A stretch of DNA of 64,000 bases from Candidatus Obscuribacteraceae bacterium (GTDB lineage: Bacteria; Cyanobacteriota; Vampirovibrionia; Obscuribacterales; Obscuribacteraceae), in NCBI GenBank assembly GCA_044229845.1, contig JBGASG010000002.1:576001-640000 (forward strand), written 5' to 3'. The position numbers and the translations under genes are program-made. The notes under the pieces are model-generated. The model was not told the DNA's origin. It searched no databases and worked only from the letters and a program-made list of their open reading frames with translations. Below are positions 1 to 10,457 of the stretch, in pieces; the stretch's first letter is position 1; every line of letters starts with the position of its first letter.

Positions 1-5
1 CTCCA

Positions 6-383
6 TTGCGCGAGATTGTCTTCAAGACCCTGGTCCCGATGTTTTCCGAGACCCGCGTGCTTGACCTGATCGTCGTCGCCGCGCTCTCCGGCTTTTGCGA
101 AGAGGTGTTTTTCCGCGGCATCGTGCAATCTCAGTTTGGACTGTTCATCGCGGCTCTCGCCTTCGGACTGTTTCATGACCCGACCTTCCGGCACGTGCCC
201 TACGCAATCCTGGCGTTTCTCTCAGGGCTGTTCTTAGGTTGGCTCTACATGGTCACCGGGAATCTCTGGGTGCCGATTACCGCTCACACAGTCCACAACT
301 TGATTTCTCTTTATATTCTGCGATTTAAGATAAAGCCCCCCGACAATCCGCTCGAGGACTCCACTTCGGTGAAAGCGCCATAA
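6..383 (+). CDS. CPBP family (Abi/CAAX) intramembrane metalloprotease, probably 5'-partial
   Basis: EEVFFRG, FGLFH and HTVHN motifs; hydrophobic helices. Confidence 0.88.
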   Translation: MREIVFKTLVPMFSETRVLDLIVVAALSGFCEEVFFRGIVQSQFGLFIAALAFGLFHDPTFRHVPYAILAFLSGLFLGWLYMVTGNLWVPITAHTVHNLISLYILRFKIKPPDNPLEDSTSVKAP

Positions 384-415
384 CAGCGCTATGATACTCA
401 CAGGGAGAACGAGCG

Positions 416-1654
416 TTGGCAATTTCGATTCCTGAGGGTTTCGGGCGCAATGTCGGCCTGATTGCTTACAAAGAGATTCTTTACGGATCTCGCGATCCCG
501 ATGTGCTGATATACGGCTTGCTGCTGCCCCTGATTCTTTACCCGATCATGTTTATCGGGTCGGGCGAATTTGCCTTCTGGCTGCTCGGTCAATTCGAAAA
601 ACGCATTGCCACCATCGGCGTCACCTACACTCCCGACCTGCGCTACGAAATCGTCAAACACTCCCTGCAGGAAGTAAAAAACTTCAAGGTCGTCGATTCC
701 ACAGATCCGCAGTCAGACCTCAAAAGTCATCGCGTCGATGCCGTAGTGATCTTCGATCAAGAGAAGAAACATCGCGTCTTCATCAAACTACCCGGCGCCA
801 ACTTAATAGACAAAACCAGTCTGCTGGCTATGGCTTCGATCCTCTCCGAACAGGAAAAGCGCATCGACCAAGCAGCGAAGGATGCCGGTATCACCAAAAG
901 CGACCGCCAGATATTTACGACCAAAACTATCGACGTCGCCCCCAGCACATCGCAACAAAAAGTCGTGCCACTGGAGGAATTGCGAGGTATTCCCGTGGCG
1001 ATCCTGGCTTGCGTACTGCTGGTCTGGGTGCACGTGGCGTTATGCGCAGGACCACCGGCAGCGGTGATGTTTGCCGAAGAGCGCGAAAAGAAGACCCTGG
1101 AGACGACGCTTTTGCTGCCGCCCACCCGCATGGTCGTGGTGCTCGGCAAATTTCTCGCCACCAAGCTGATCGCGCTCGGATCTGGATCTATGTATCTGGT
1201 CGGCTTCGGCATTACGTTTCTCGCCCTGGAGTTTAGCGTGCACGCGCGCACCGGCAAAGGCAGCATCATGGCATCGATGATGCCGCAGGTGGTGGTATCG
1301 CCGGAGTCGTGGGTAATGCTGGCAGTCACCATCTTGCTCTCCAGCGCCGTCTGCGCAGCCGTCTATCTGGCATCTACCGTCAAAGCCAGTACGTTCAAAG
1401 AAGCGCAGGCCTACATCACGGTGCCGGTGCTCTTCTTCAGCTTCATCCCCTTCATGGTGCTGGTGCCGGGCATCGAATTGGATATCTGGACGGCACTGGT
1501 GCCGGTGCTAAATTTGTTTCTGACGCTCAAACGCGGTGAGCCCCACCTGCTCTATACGAGCATCGCCGTCATCTCCATGCTGGGCATCATCATCGGCTGC
1601 CTCTATTTCTGTGCTCACTCACTGAATGTCAAAGCATCACAAAATCTTGGCTGA
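416..1654 (+). CDS. ABC-2 type permease, NatB-like
   Basis: N-terminal YKEIL..RDP plus TM helix, extracytoplasmic loop, AEEREKKTLETTLLLP motif, GKFLA, TFKEAQAY. Confidence 0.85.
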   Translation: MAISIPEGFGRNVGLIAYKEILYGSRDPDVLIYGLLLPLILYPIMFIGSGEFAFWLLGQFEKRIATIGVTYTPDLRYEIVKHSLQEVKNFKVVDSTDPQSDLKSHRVDAVVIFDQEKKHRVFIKLPGANLIDKTSLLAMASILSEQEKRIDQAAKDAGITKSDRQIFTTKTIDVAPSTSQQKVVPLEELRGIPVAILACVLLVWVHVALCAGPPAAVMFAEEREKKTLETTLLLPPTRMVVVLGKFLATKLIALGSGSMYLVGFGITFLALEFSVHARTGKGSIMASMMPQVVVSPESWVMLAVTILLSSAVCAAVYLASTVKASTFKEAQAYITVPVLFFSFIPFMVLVPGIELDIWTALVPVLNLFLTLKRGEPHLLYTSIAVISMLGIIIGCLYFCAHSLNVKASQNLG

Positions 1655-1666
1655 GGTTTAGAAGAT

Positions 1667-2419
1667 TTGTCGATAGAAGTAAAAGATCTGCGCAAGAAAT
1701 TCTTTGACCCCAATCGCGGTGAGTTTTTTGCTGTCGATGGTGTCTCGTTCGATTGTCAGCCGGGTAAAACATTCGGGCTGCTGGGTCCGAACGGCGCCGG
1801 CAAGACTACCATCATGCGCCTGATTGCCACCATTCTCGAGCCGACCTCCGGCACCGTCGTGGTCGAAGGCTTTGATGTGACGAAACAACCGGCGGCGGTT
1901 CGCAAACATATCGGGTTTCTTTCCGCCGACACAGGACTCTACGAGCGCCTGACGCCCCGCGAAATCCTCACCTACTTCGCCCGACTCAATCAAGTGCCGG
2001 AGGCGAAAATCGCGGCTCGCGTCAACGAAGTGATCGAACGACTGGCGATCACTCCTTTTGCTTCAACGCTCTGCGACAAGCTTTCTACGGGCATGAAACA
2101 GCGCGTCTCCATCGCCCGCGCCATTGTGCACGACCCACCGGTTTTGATCCTTGACGAACCGACTTCGGGGCTGGATGTGATCGGTATTCGCGCCATTCAC
2201 GACTTCGTCAATGAGTGCAAGCACAAAAACAAATGCTTGCTCTTCTCCACGCATATCATGGCGGAAGCGGAAAAGTTGTGCGACCAGATTGCCCTGCTGC
2301 ATCACGGCAAGATATTTGCCGTCGGCACCCTCGATGAACTGCGAGCCGAGACCAATGAACATTACCTCGAAGATGTCTTCTTGAAGCTGGTGCCGGAGGG
2401 CGCGGATGAACTGGTCTGA
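1667..2419 (+). CDS. ABC transporter ATP-binding protein, NatA-like
   Basis: Walker [10 protein letters not shown], signature LSTGMKQR, Walker [13 protein letters not shown]-loop STHIM. Confidence 0.92.
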   Translation: MSIEVKDLRKKFFDPNRGEFFAVDGVSFDCQPGKTFGLLGPNGAGKTTIMRLIATILEPTSGTVVVEGFDVTKQPAAVRKHIGFLSADTGLYERLTPREILTYFARLNQVPEAKIAARVNEVIERLAITPFASTLCDKLSTGMKQRVSIARAIVHDPPVLILDEPTSGLDVIGIRAIHDFVNECKHKNKCLLFSTHIMAEAEKLCDQIALLHHGKIFAVGTLDELRAETNEHYLEDVFLKLVPEGADELV

Positions 2420-4373
2420 CATCGGCATAGTCTTCCGCAAAGAACTGCTGCAAACCACGCGCAACAAGAAAACGCTGGTGGTGATGGTGCTGATTTTAAT
2501 CATGCAACCACTGATAGTGGCGCTCGCCGCTAAGGTGCTGGAGAACAGAATTACCAATCGCATGCCGCCGCCTTTTACGCTGATCATCGTCGGAGCTGAT
2601 GCCGAGTGGGTTGCGAAGTGGTTTACCGACAGCAAGGTGATACACACCGACGTGCGCCCTGACGGCAAGCTGCAAACCATACTGGAGCAGGCGGTAGCTA
2701 AGGGCAGCGATAAGATCGTGCTCTCCGTTCCTGCAAAGTTTCGCGAGCAAGTCGAAACCCACGCCGCCAAGGTGCCGGAGCTGGACATTTACGCGGACAA
2801 CCGGCAGGACAACGGACGGCAGATGCGCCTGGTCAACGAGCGCCTGGTTCGCGCCCGCCGCGAATTGTCCGAAGTGATCATGAAAAAGACCGACGTGCCG
2901 GAGGTGCTGCACAGGCAGCTTGATGTTCGTTTGGCTACCGTAGCCAGCAACCAGCAGCGCGCCGGCGCCCTGATCGGCGTCTACCTGCCGATCGCGCTGG
3001 TGATGATGGTGATGACCGTCACTCTATATGCATCGACAGATTTGCTGACCGGTGAGCGAGAACGCGGAACACTAGTGCTTCTGATGGTGTCCCCAGTCGC
3101 GCGCCGAGACATACTAATCGGCAAGATGCTGGTAGTCGTGGGTCTGGCTGCGTTCGCCAGTGCCTTGCTCATTCTGCTCAATGTGGTCTTCCTGCACTTT
3201 ACCGTCCACAAAGCCATTGATACAGCGGGTTTCTTCGACTTTCGCATTCCGTGGAGATCAGCTTTCCTGTCGATTTTGCTGGTCATGCCGCTCGTCCTGT
3301 CGTCCAGCTCAATCTCGATGGCGGTTGCTTCCTACGCGCGCAATTACCAGCAGGCGCAGTCTTATTACACCCTCCTGCTCTTGCTGGCGCTGCTGCCGGC
3401 ATCGGCTCAACTCCTGCCGACCATTGAGTATCCACCGGCTATAGCAATTTTTCCAATCGCCAATATCAGCATTTGTGTGCGCGACCTGTTCACTGGTCAG
3501 TTGCAACCGGGTCTCTTGATTGCGACGGTTGTTTCGTCCTGCCTGTACGCAGCGGGTCTGACTTATGTTGCGCTGCGGCTTTTCGATTCTGAGCACTCCG
3601 TCTTCCCTCAGGACGAGCCCGCGGGAAGCGCTCGTGGCTTCCGGAGACTGACGCTCACCTACCTGAGCTGCGTGTTTCTTTTCTACTTCACGGTCGGTCA
3701 AGCAATTCAGGCGCAGGATGTATTGGTTGGAATCATCGTTTCACAGTTTCTTCTGATTGCCGGACCCAACTTCCTCTACGCCCTCTGGATGAAACTGCCC
3801 GTCAAAGAATTTCTGGGCTTCAAGAAACCTCTCAACTGGCGCTCGCTCGTCGCCGCACCGTTTCTTGCCCCGGCAACCATTGCAGCCAGCAGCGCCCTCA
3901 TGGCAGTGCAGGATCTGTTCTTGCCGTCGCCGAAGGCACTGGAGGAAATGATGATTTCACTGATCATTCCTCCGGGCAAACCGATCTGGTTGGTGTTCGC
4001 GGCGATTGCTGTGACACCGGCGATCTGCGAAGAAATTCTGTTTCGCGGCGCAGTGCAGCGCAGCCTGTTAAAGTCCCTGACACCGCGAGTCGCGCTGATC
4101 TTGACGGCGGTGGCGTTTGGACTTTTTCACATGAGCACATTCAGGTTTCTGCCGACCACTCTGCTCGGACTGGCATTTGGTTATTACTCCTGGCGGCAAA
4201 ATTCCATATACCCGACGATTATTCTGCACGGCTGTCATAACGCGCTGGCTACCGCCATGGTGGTCTACCACCTGAACATCATGTCCGCTCAGGGATTGCT
4301 CGTGCTGGCGGCATCATCGGCAGTGGCGATATTTATTTTGCGTTCGAATCAGCGCCAGTCCGTTCAGGCGTGA
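2406..4373 (+). CDS. NatB-like ABC permease fused to a C-terminal CPBP intramembrane protease
   Basis: GERERGTLVLL and RNYQQAQSY permease motifs; C-terminal CEEILFRG, FGLFH and HGCHN. Confidence 0.88.
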   Translation: MNWSDIGIVFRKELLQTTRNKKTLVVMVLILIMQPLIVALAAKVLENRITNRMPPPFTLIIVGADAEWVAKWFTDSKVIHTDVRPDGKLQTILEQAVAKGSDKIVLSVPAKFREQVETHAAKVPELDIYADNRQDNGRQMRLVNERLVRARRELSEVIMKKTDVPEVLHRQLDVRLATVASNQQRAGALIGVYLPIALVMMVMTVTLYASTDLLTGERERGTLVLLMVSPVARRDILIGKMLVVVGLAAFASALLILLNVVFLHFTVHKAIDTAGFFDFRIPWRSAFLSILLVMPLVLSSSSISMAVASYARNYQQAQSYYTLLLLLALLPASAQLLPTIEYPPAIAIFPIANISICVRDLFTGQLQPGLLIATVVSSCLYAAGLTYVALRLFDSEHSVFPQDEPAGSARGFRRLTLTYLSCVFLFYFTVGQAIQAQDVLVGIIVSQFLLIAGPNFLYALWMKLPVKEFLGFKKPLNWRSLVAAPFLAPATIAASSALMAVQDLFLPSPKALEEMMISLIIPPGKPIWLVFAAIAVTPAICEEILFRGAVQRSLLKSLTPRVALILTAVAFGLFHMSTFRFLPTTLLGLAFGYYSWRQNSIYPTIILHGCHNALATAMVVYHLNIMSAQGLLVLAASSAVAIFILRSNQRQSVQA

Positions 4374-4552
4374 GCGATCACGGAATCGTGCGGAGTTGCG
4401 GTGTCCAATTTTGTGCCGTTCCGGGTATACCCATGTACCAATGGCGAAACGTCCCCGCATAGCCTAGTCTGGTGAACCCCGTCCCTCATGTCCGCGCATT
4501 TCCGTGCGCGGTCGTGGTAGCCGGACGCACCAAAGCGTGCGGAGGAATTATC

Positions 4553-5494
4553 ATGTCGCCACAACCCGAGCTGGATGCGACTTATCGCCCAGCTGAAAAT
4601 CTTCACTACGAGTCTCAGCCGAATCTCGACAATCTACAAGATTATCGTTTGCCGTTGACTCCGGTGCATAGCCAGGAATCCATTGCCGCAGTCAAGGACT
4701 CTTCGAAGTCGAAATCGGATCACGGCGGCAGCGGCTTGCTGCGCGATGTGGTTTCCATCGGCTCTTATGGATTGACTATGCTCGCTCTGAGTAAATTCAC
4801 CCCACTACCAACGACTGTCAAAATGGCGGTTGGTCTTGTCACCGCCGGTGCCACCAGCGATGTGCTCAAAGACGGCCGCTTAAATGGACCGATTGCCGAC
4901 TTCGGTACGTACGCTCGCGGAGCAGGCATGGCTCTGGCTGCCCACGGAGTGTGGCAGATGGAAATGGGTTCGAGCATGGCGGCGGGGTCGGGAAGTTATG
5001 CTCGAGCGATGCAGCTTAGAGCATCCGGACTGGAACCGATTGCACAAGTCTCAACCAAGGACACTGTCCTTGCATACTTGAATCCCGCCAACATCTTCGG
5101 ACGAAATAATGCTGCTGCCGTCGAGGTTGCATCCCTCCTGTCGCCTGAAGGGCTTATTGCAATGCAAAAGAACGTCGCCGCCTCTAACTTCTATCGACGA
5201 GTTGGAGGAGCCTTGCTCCTATCGACTGCCGGGCAGGTAACCAAATTTGCGGACGGCAGCGTGGAGTTTAAGAGCATTCCCAATGCCATTGAGAAGACTG
5301 CGGCTTCAGGGCTTCTCTTTTCTGCTCTAACCAATGTGGTATTTCCGATTCACAACTCAAAGATAGGCGTCATTCGCAATGTGCTTGGCTACAAGTATGT
5401 ATGGGACTACCAGAATAACGACGAGTTGATCCCGAGTGTGAAATTGCCGAAAATCGATCTGCCATCGGCGATCACGGGAGCAGCTGATCAATAG
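4553..5494 (+). CDS. hypothetical protein with Gly/Ala-rich hydrophobic helices
   Basis: Long ORF; GGAGG RBS upstream of ATG 4553; no recognised motif. Confidence 0.6.
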   Translation: MSPQPELDATYRPAENLHYESQPNLDNLQDYRLPLTPVHSQESIAAVKDSSKSKSDHGGSGLLRDVVSIGSYGLTMLALSKFTPLPTTVKMAVGLVTAGATSDVLKDGRLNGPIADFGTYARGAGMALAAHGVWQMEMGSSMAAGSGSYARAMQLRASGLEPIAQVSTKDTVLAYLNPANIFGRNNAAAVEVASLLSPEGLIAMQKNVAASNFYRRVGGALLLSTAGQVTKFADGSVEFKSIPNAIEKTAASGLLFSALTNVVFPIHNSKIGVIRNVLGYKYVWDYQNNDELIPSVKLPKIDLPSAITGAADQ

Positions 5495-5545
5495 AAGCGG
5501 ACCAGAGTATACTTTTGGACTCTCCCAGAAATCTGAGGATTCGTC

Positions 5546-6499
5546 ATGAAAGCAGCTTGGCGCCGAGCATTGTCTGTCGCGGTTGTCGCGGGTTTCGTCT
5601 CACTTGGATTGACATCATGCGGAAAGGTGCCGGACTTCAGCGCCGCAGGGGCTCCCGATTTCGACAAGGCGGTCGACCCGCAATCTAAAGACACTGTTGT
5701 CAATAATTGGGAGATTCAAACGCTCACCCCGACTGGCGTCGATGAGAAAGCGATGAAGGTTCTCAAGGAAACTGTCGGCTCACCTTTGCAGCCCTTCAAA
5801 GAATCGGATGAGGCACGGCTGAGTAAAGCGTTCACCGATGCAGCCAGCCAACCGGGGCAGCCCGCCGGTAATGACAGCGGCGACGATGGAGATGACTCCG
5901 GCAATGGCGGTGGCGACGCTGCCGCAAGTGGCACACCGCCAGCGCAGCCGCAAGATTCGAATGCGCAAGCAGCAGCCACCCCACAGACTGCGCCAACACA
6001 AACCGCTGTAATGGATCAGTTGGCGGGCGGACCAGCCAAAGCACTCGGCGTCATGGCTGCGTTCAAAGATCCCAACAATGAAGACATCGGCATCCGCTAT
6101 GTGGAGATGTTGCGCAAGAAACTACCACACGGCTACATCGTGTTTATCACTGACAGCGACAAAGAAGGCGCGGGTTTCTTCGACGGCAACATCACCGTCA
6201 TGAAGAGCAGCGACCCTTACGAAATGATCAAAGCAGCCGGTACCGCAGGTGGTGGCTTATTCCACTCGGCAGGCAACGACGAAATCGTCAAACAATTCAA
6301 AGAATGGAACAGCAAGTACCCGCTGCACATAGTTAAAGCCAACCACGACACAGTGATAGCAGTTCTCGACAAAGTGCCGGAAGACCCGGACAAGCTCGGC
6401 AGAGAGGTGCATAAATTTGCGCCCGGTGACGGCAGTGCTAAAGCCAGCGACTTTATAGATGATGTGCGTCAGCGTCGCATTTATTGCTGGTGGGATTAG
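5546..6499 (+). CDS. lipoprotein with C-terminal DUF4253-like domain
   Basis: Lipobox LTSC after a signal peptide; acidic/Pro-rich linker; ends YCWWD as typical of DUF4253. Confidence 0.7.
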   Translation: MKAAWRRALSVAVVAGFVSLGLTSCGKVPDFSAAGAPDFDKAVDPQSKDTVVNNWEIQTLTPTGVDEKAMKVLKETVGSPLQPFKESDEARLSKAFTDAASQPGQPAGNDSGDDGDDSGNGGGDAAASGTPPAQPQDSNAQAAATPQTAPTQTAVMDQLAGGPAKALGVMAAFKDPNNEDIGIRYVEMLRKKLPHGYIVFITDSDKEGAGFFDGNITVMKSSDPYEMIKAAGTAGGGLFHSAGNDEIVKQFKEWNSKYPLHIVKANHDTVIAVLDKVPEDPDKLGREVHKFAPGDGSAKASDFIDDVRQRRIYCWWD

Positions 6500-6671
6500 A
6501 TAGCCTGCGATCTATCTGATCCGTAATTCCCCCACCCTTCTTCTTGACATTTTGCATGCACCATCGCATGATCGATCCTCTTGCCCGCACTAACAAGAGA
6601 AAGCGCCCGAAGGGCGCTGATCGTCCCGCGCATAATTTGGTTTCTGCTGCCCATCTTCCTAGGAGCGGAAC

Positions 6672-8168
6672 ATGCCGTCGCATGCTTCAAACGCAGAATT
6701 TTGGATGGAGTCGGAACAGGCTCTTGCCTCGATTCACCCGTCCGGCGATTTATTTGACCGTCTCAGCACGGCGCGTGCCCCTGGGGTGGTGCCGACAGCT
6801 CCCCTAGATACTCTCTGCAGCTATCCTGGTTACGCCGGCTTTTCCTTGAGTTCTGCCGAAACTGAATGCGTGCAGTCTGCGTATTTTCGAGATCTGAGCA
6901 AAGTGAATTTTGTCTTCGCCGGATCAAAGGATCCGCAGATGTCGTCGGCGAATTTAATTCTCGATGAGCAAGGGCGTTTGGTAGTGAATGAGGACAACCC
7001 TCCAGTAGATGGTCAGCCAATCGTAGTTGGAATTGAAACCCAAGAGAATGAGTCACAGGCTCGCGAACAATACGCAAACCAACTGCAGAAGCAAACTGTG
7101 CAAGAGCTAGTACAACTGTGGCTCAAGAGCCACCCAGACAAATCAATGGCCGACATACCGGAAAGTTGGAAGAGCGTACTTGACTCTCATCCAGACGAAA
7201 CAGGAGCGAGTGTGTCGCCTGTCCCTCACGGAGGCAGCACTGGCGGTGGTGGCAGTAGCCACGGCGGTGGTGGCAGTAGCCACGGCGGTGGTGGCAGTAG
7301 CCGCGGCGGCGGTGGCAGTAGCCGCGGTGGCGGCGGTCACAGAGTTGATCACAGTGGTACCAGTGTAGACCGGCAATCCGGGCAAGGCGTCGAGTTTCAG
7401 CCCCACGTTCCCAACACTCCGGAGGCAAATCAGTTTTTGGACAAAGTCCAGACAGCAGTCAGCGAGAACCAGCGCGGACAGCCGGCCGACCGCGAGACTA
7501 TTAAAACCGGGATCGAGTCAGGCATGGCAGCTGGCTTCAGAAGCGAGTTGGGACTGGCAGTTTGCGCCGACTTGGCTTGCGCGATTGGACCGGAAGCACT
7601 CAAACAGGCGCTCAATAACCTTGGGAGCCCCGATAGTGTCGAGAAAAACGAAACCGCAGCTCTAAACAATTTAGCCTCCCAAGTTCAGCTTCAACTGCCC
7701 AATGCATCTGAACGCATTAGTGCGTTGAAGTCGAACTTCAGTCATGAGACAAATGTCGATTTCGGTATTCCAGCCGGCGTAGAAGAGTTTTTGCAAGTCG
7801 CGCTTGCTCAGCAGGGCGACCCATATGTGCCGAATGCTCAAGGACCAAACCAGTTCGACTGTTCCGGTCTGGTGTACTACGCGTTGCACGAGTGTGGCGT
7901 GGAAGGAAGTCGGACATCGGCACGTGGATATCAGGCTCGCTATGCCGACAGCGCCGTCAGCGAAGACCAGCTCCAGCCAGGAGACCTTGTTTTTTACTGG
8001 TACAAAAATGATAGAGGCATCCCAGAGGGCAAAGCTTCGCACATCGAAATCTATCTTGGCGATGGAAAAACAATGGGCACAGACAGTCCTAAAGAGGGTG
8101 CCCGGGTGGAACCGCTGGACAGACAACACTTTATAGGTGCCGCTCGCGTCGAAGCGCTGCAAGCTTGA
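6672..8168 (+). CDS. NlpC/P60 (C40) peptidase-domain protein with unknown N-terminal region
   Basis: QQGDPY...FDCSGLVYY, LQPGDLVFY and SHIEIYLGDG at the C-terminus. Confidence 0.85.
   Translation: MPSHASNAEFWMESEQALASIHPSGDLFDRLSTARAPGVVPTAPLDTLCSYPGYAGFSLSSAETECVQSAYFRDLSKVNFVFAGSKDPQMSSANLILDEQGRLVVNEDNPPVDGQPIVVGIETQENESQAREQYANQLQKQTVQELVQLWLKSHPDKSMADIPESWKSVLDSHPDETGASVSPVPHGGSTGGGGSSHGGGGSSHGGGGSSRGGGGSSRGGGGHRVDHSGTSVDRQSGQGVEFQPHVPNTPEANQFLDKVQTAVSENQRGQPADRETIKTGIESGMAAGFRSELGLAVCADLACAIGPEALKQALNNLGSPDSVEKNETAALNNLASQVQLQLPNASERISALKSNFSHETNVDFGIPAGVEEFLQVALAQQGDPYVPNAQGPNQFDCSGLVYYALHECGVEGSRTSARGYQARYADSAVSEDQLQPGDLVFYWYKNDRGIPEGKASHIEIYLGDGKTMGTDSPKEGARVEPLDRQHFIGAARVEALQA
7242..7325 (+). 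repeat. 21-bp tandem repeat x4 encoding a GGGGSS(H/R) linker
   Basis: ggcggtggtggcagtagccac unit repeated with minor variation. Confidence 0.9.
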
Positions 8169-8313
8169 GTCTTCGATTCATATTTTAGTTTGGTACCGGC
8201 AAGCTCTGCAGTTGAATCGCTGTAATATCGCAGGTGGTGCGCTGCGACAAACGCATTGGGAGCAATCTGAGGTCCCTGTCGTCTAGAGAGCTAAAGACGA
8301 GGAGGCATCACCT

Positions 8314-8685
8314 ATGAATAGCAAGAACCTGATTGCGACTGTCGCGTTGGCTTCATTGACCATGCTGCCGGCATTGCCGGTCGAGGCGCAAGGATTTTTC
8401 GATATGCACCAGACCAGCAACATGGGCAACATCAATCGTAAGCAAAGCGAAGTGCGAGCTCGCATCGAGTTCGCTCGCAGCCGTGGTCAGCTAACCGCGT
8501 TCGAATACAATCGCTTGATGCGAGAGTTCAATCAAATAGCACGCATTGAGGACCGATCCAGAACGAACGGACTCAACTGGTATGAACGATCTCAGCTGTT
8601 GAGTCGCCTGGACAATCTCAACCAGCAAGTGACGCGCCAGATGCATGATCGCCAGACGGCAGGTCGCCCGCGTATCTTCTGGTAA
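8314..8685 (+). CDS. secreted hypothetical protein
   Basis: GGAGG RBS, signal peptide ending VEA, Arg-rich helical body. Confidence 0.75.
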   Translation: MNSKNLIATVALASLTMLPALPVEAQGFFDMHQTSNMGNINRKQSEVRARIEFARSRGQLTAFEYNRLMREFNQIARIEDRSRTNGLNWYERSQLLSRLDNLNQQVTRQMHDRQTAGRPRIFW

Positions 8686-8727
8686 GCAAGCGCAAGCAGC
8701 GGCTGCCTGAGCAGTTCGCAAGTAGAC

Positions 8728-8762
8728 CAAAGGGCTCGTCCAGTAAGCGGACGAGCCCTTTG
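8728..8762 (+). terminator. 14-bp stem hairpin, probable intrinsic terminator
   Basis: caaagggctcgtcc-agtaagc-ggacgagccctttg. Confidence 0.65.
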
Positions 8763-8876
8763 CTTCCTGACAGCAACCCGGACAAAAGTTTAACCTTGGG
8801 CGCGGAATCATCTGAGGAACACGGACGTCGAGAGGCCCAGTGCCGCAATGGCAGAGATTTGAATTGAGGAGATACG

Positions 8877-9293
8877 ATGAAAACTACCCTCGCACTGCTT
8901 ATGGCAGCCGCAATTACTATCGGCGGGTTCCAGGCTGCAAATGCACAGAACGCCCCCCTGAACGGCTACGCCAGCAATGGATCTTTTTTCGGCAACCTTC
9001 TGAATGGTGCCGGGTTTAACAATGGCTACAACAACGGCTACAACCCTTATCTGAATGCCGGCTACGGCAACGGATACAACGGTGCGTACGCCGGCAACGG
9101 CAATGGCTATGGATACGGCAACGGTGGCGCCTGCCAGCAGAGACGACATCACAAGAAGAATGCAATCCGCAAAATGCAACGCCGCATGCAAAGACAAGCT
9201 ATGCAAAACCAATATGGTGGCGGATACGGCGGATACGGGAATGGCTGGAACAACGGCTATCAGAATGCAGGCAATGGTCGCTGGGGATTCTAA
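8877..9293 (+). CDS. secreted Gly/Asn/Tyr-rich low-complexity protein
   Basis: GAGGAG RBS, signal peptide ending ANA, repeated NGY/GYG. Confidence 0.75.
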   Translation: MKTTLALLMAAAITIGGFQAANAQNAPLNGYASNGSFFGNLLNGAGFNNGYNNGYNPYLNAGYGNGYNGAYAGNGNGYGYGNGGACQQRRHHKKNAIRKMQRRMQRQAMQNQYGGGYGGYGNGWNNGYQNAGNGRWGF

Positions 9294-9333
9294 TTAGTTT
9301 CACCACTAACAGATATCCCTGAGATCTAAATGG

Positions 9334-9374
9334 CGAGAACGGCGACGTTTCCTCCGCGCCGTTCTCGTTTCTTT
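9334..9374 (+). terminator. intrinsic terminator
   Basis: cgagaacggcg...cgccgttctcg stem followed by tttcttt. Confidence 0.65.
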
Positions 9375-9494
9375 GGCGCCCGTTTGGGTTTGCACGGACA
9401 GGTGCGGTTCATTAACTGATCTCGACCGCCCATCCAACAAGTCCAATCCCTCGATAATCCAGAGTACGAAGTCCAAGCATTTCAGAGACACGCG

Positions 9495-10442
9495 ATGACA
9501 ACGGCACAGACACAACTGCAGCAGGCATCCCCGGTTATCAGCCGGAACAATGTGCTGGCACGTCTGTGGCAGTACCAGCGCGAGCGGTTTCCCGTCTTTG
9601 CTCACGGGTTGTTAGTTGCCGCTTTCAGCTTTTCAGGTGTATGTCTCTCGGCGATCCTGCGTGGCAGCGAGCAGTTGCCTAGCGCTGCCACGCTCTTTGT
9701 CGCCTTTGCTTGCGCTCTCAGTTTCTTCTTCCAATTGAGAGTTGCTGATGAGTTCAAAGACGCGGAAGAGGACGCACAGCACAGACCTTATCGGCCAGTC
9801 CCCCGTGGGCTGGTCAGCCTGGGCGAACTGCGCGCGGTCGCCATTTTGACCGCAATCGGACAGGTTGTCCTCTGTCTGCTTGTTAAACCGGATTTGATAC
9901 CACTTCTGGTCGGAACGTGGGCTTACCTTGGACTGATGACCAAAGAATTCTTCGCGGCAGAATGGTTGCGCAAACACCCGGTCGTCTACATGTGCAGCCA
10001 CATGCTGATCTTGCCGATCATCGATTACTTCATCACCGCCTGCGACTGGCTGCCGGGCAATGCCCCGCATGGGCTGGTCTGGTTTCTCGCAGTCAGTTTC
10101 TTCAATGGTCTGGTCATCGAAATCGGACGCAAGTTGCGCAGTCCGCAAGAAGAGGAAGCCAACGTCGAAACCTACAGCGCCCTCTGGGGACTTAAATCAG
10201 CCAGCTCGATTTGGGTAACGATGATGTTTGTCACTGCAGTGTGCGCCACCATCACTGCCATGAGCTACGGTATGGCACCGATGACCGGCGGCATTCTGGC
10301 GGCGTTGCTGTTGATAATCGCGGTGATGGCACCGAAAACCGCTTCGCGATTCGAGGCGTTGTCGGCCGTCTGGACCTTAGTCCTCTACCTGAGCGTTGGC
10401 ACGGTTCCGATGCTCTGGATCAGATTCCTCTCCGCAAACTAG
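9495..10442 (+). CDS. UbiA prenyltransferase family membrane protein
   Basis: RVADEFKDAEEDAQHRPYRPVPRG Asp-rich motif; many TM helices. Confidence 0.85.
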   Translation: MTTAQTQLQQASPVISRNNVLARLWQYQRERFPVFAHGLLVAAFSFSGVCLSAILRGSEQLPSAATLFVAFACALSFFFQLRVADEFKDAEEDAQHRPYRPVPRGLVSLGELRAVAILTAIGQVVLCLLVKPDLIPLLVGTWAYLGLMTKEFFAAEWLRKHPVVYMCSHMLILPIIDYFITACDWLPGNAPHGLVWFLAVSFFNGLVIEIGRKLRSPQEEEANVETYSALWGLKSASSIWVTMMFVTAVCATITAMSYGMAPMTGGILAALLLIIAVMAPKTASRFEALSAVWTLVLYLSVGTVPMLWIRFLSAN

Positions 10443-10457
10443 CAAACGAGTGCCATC

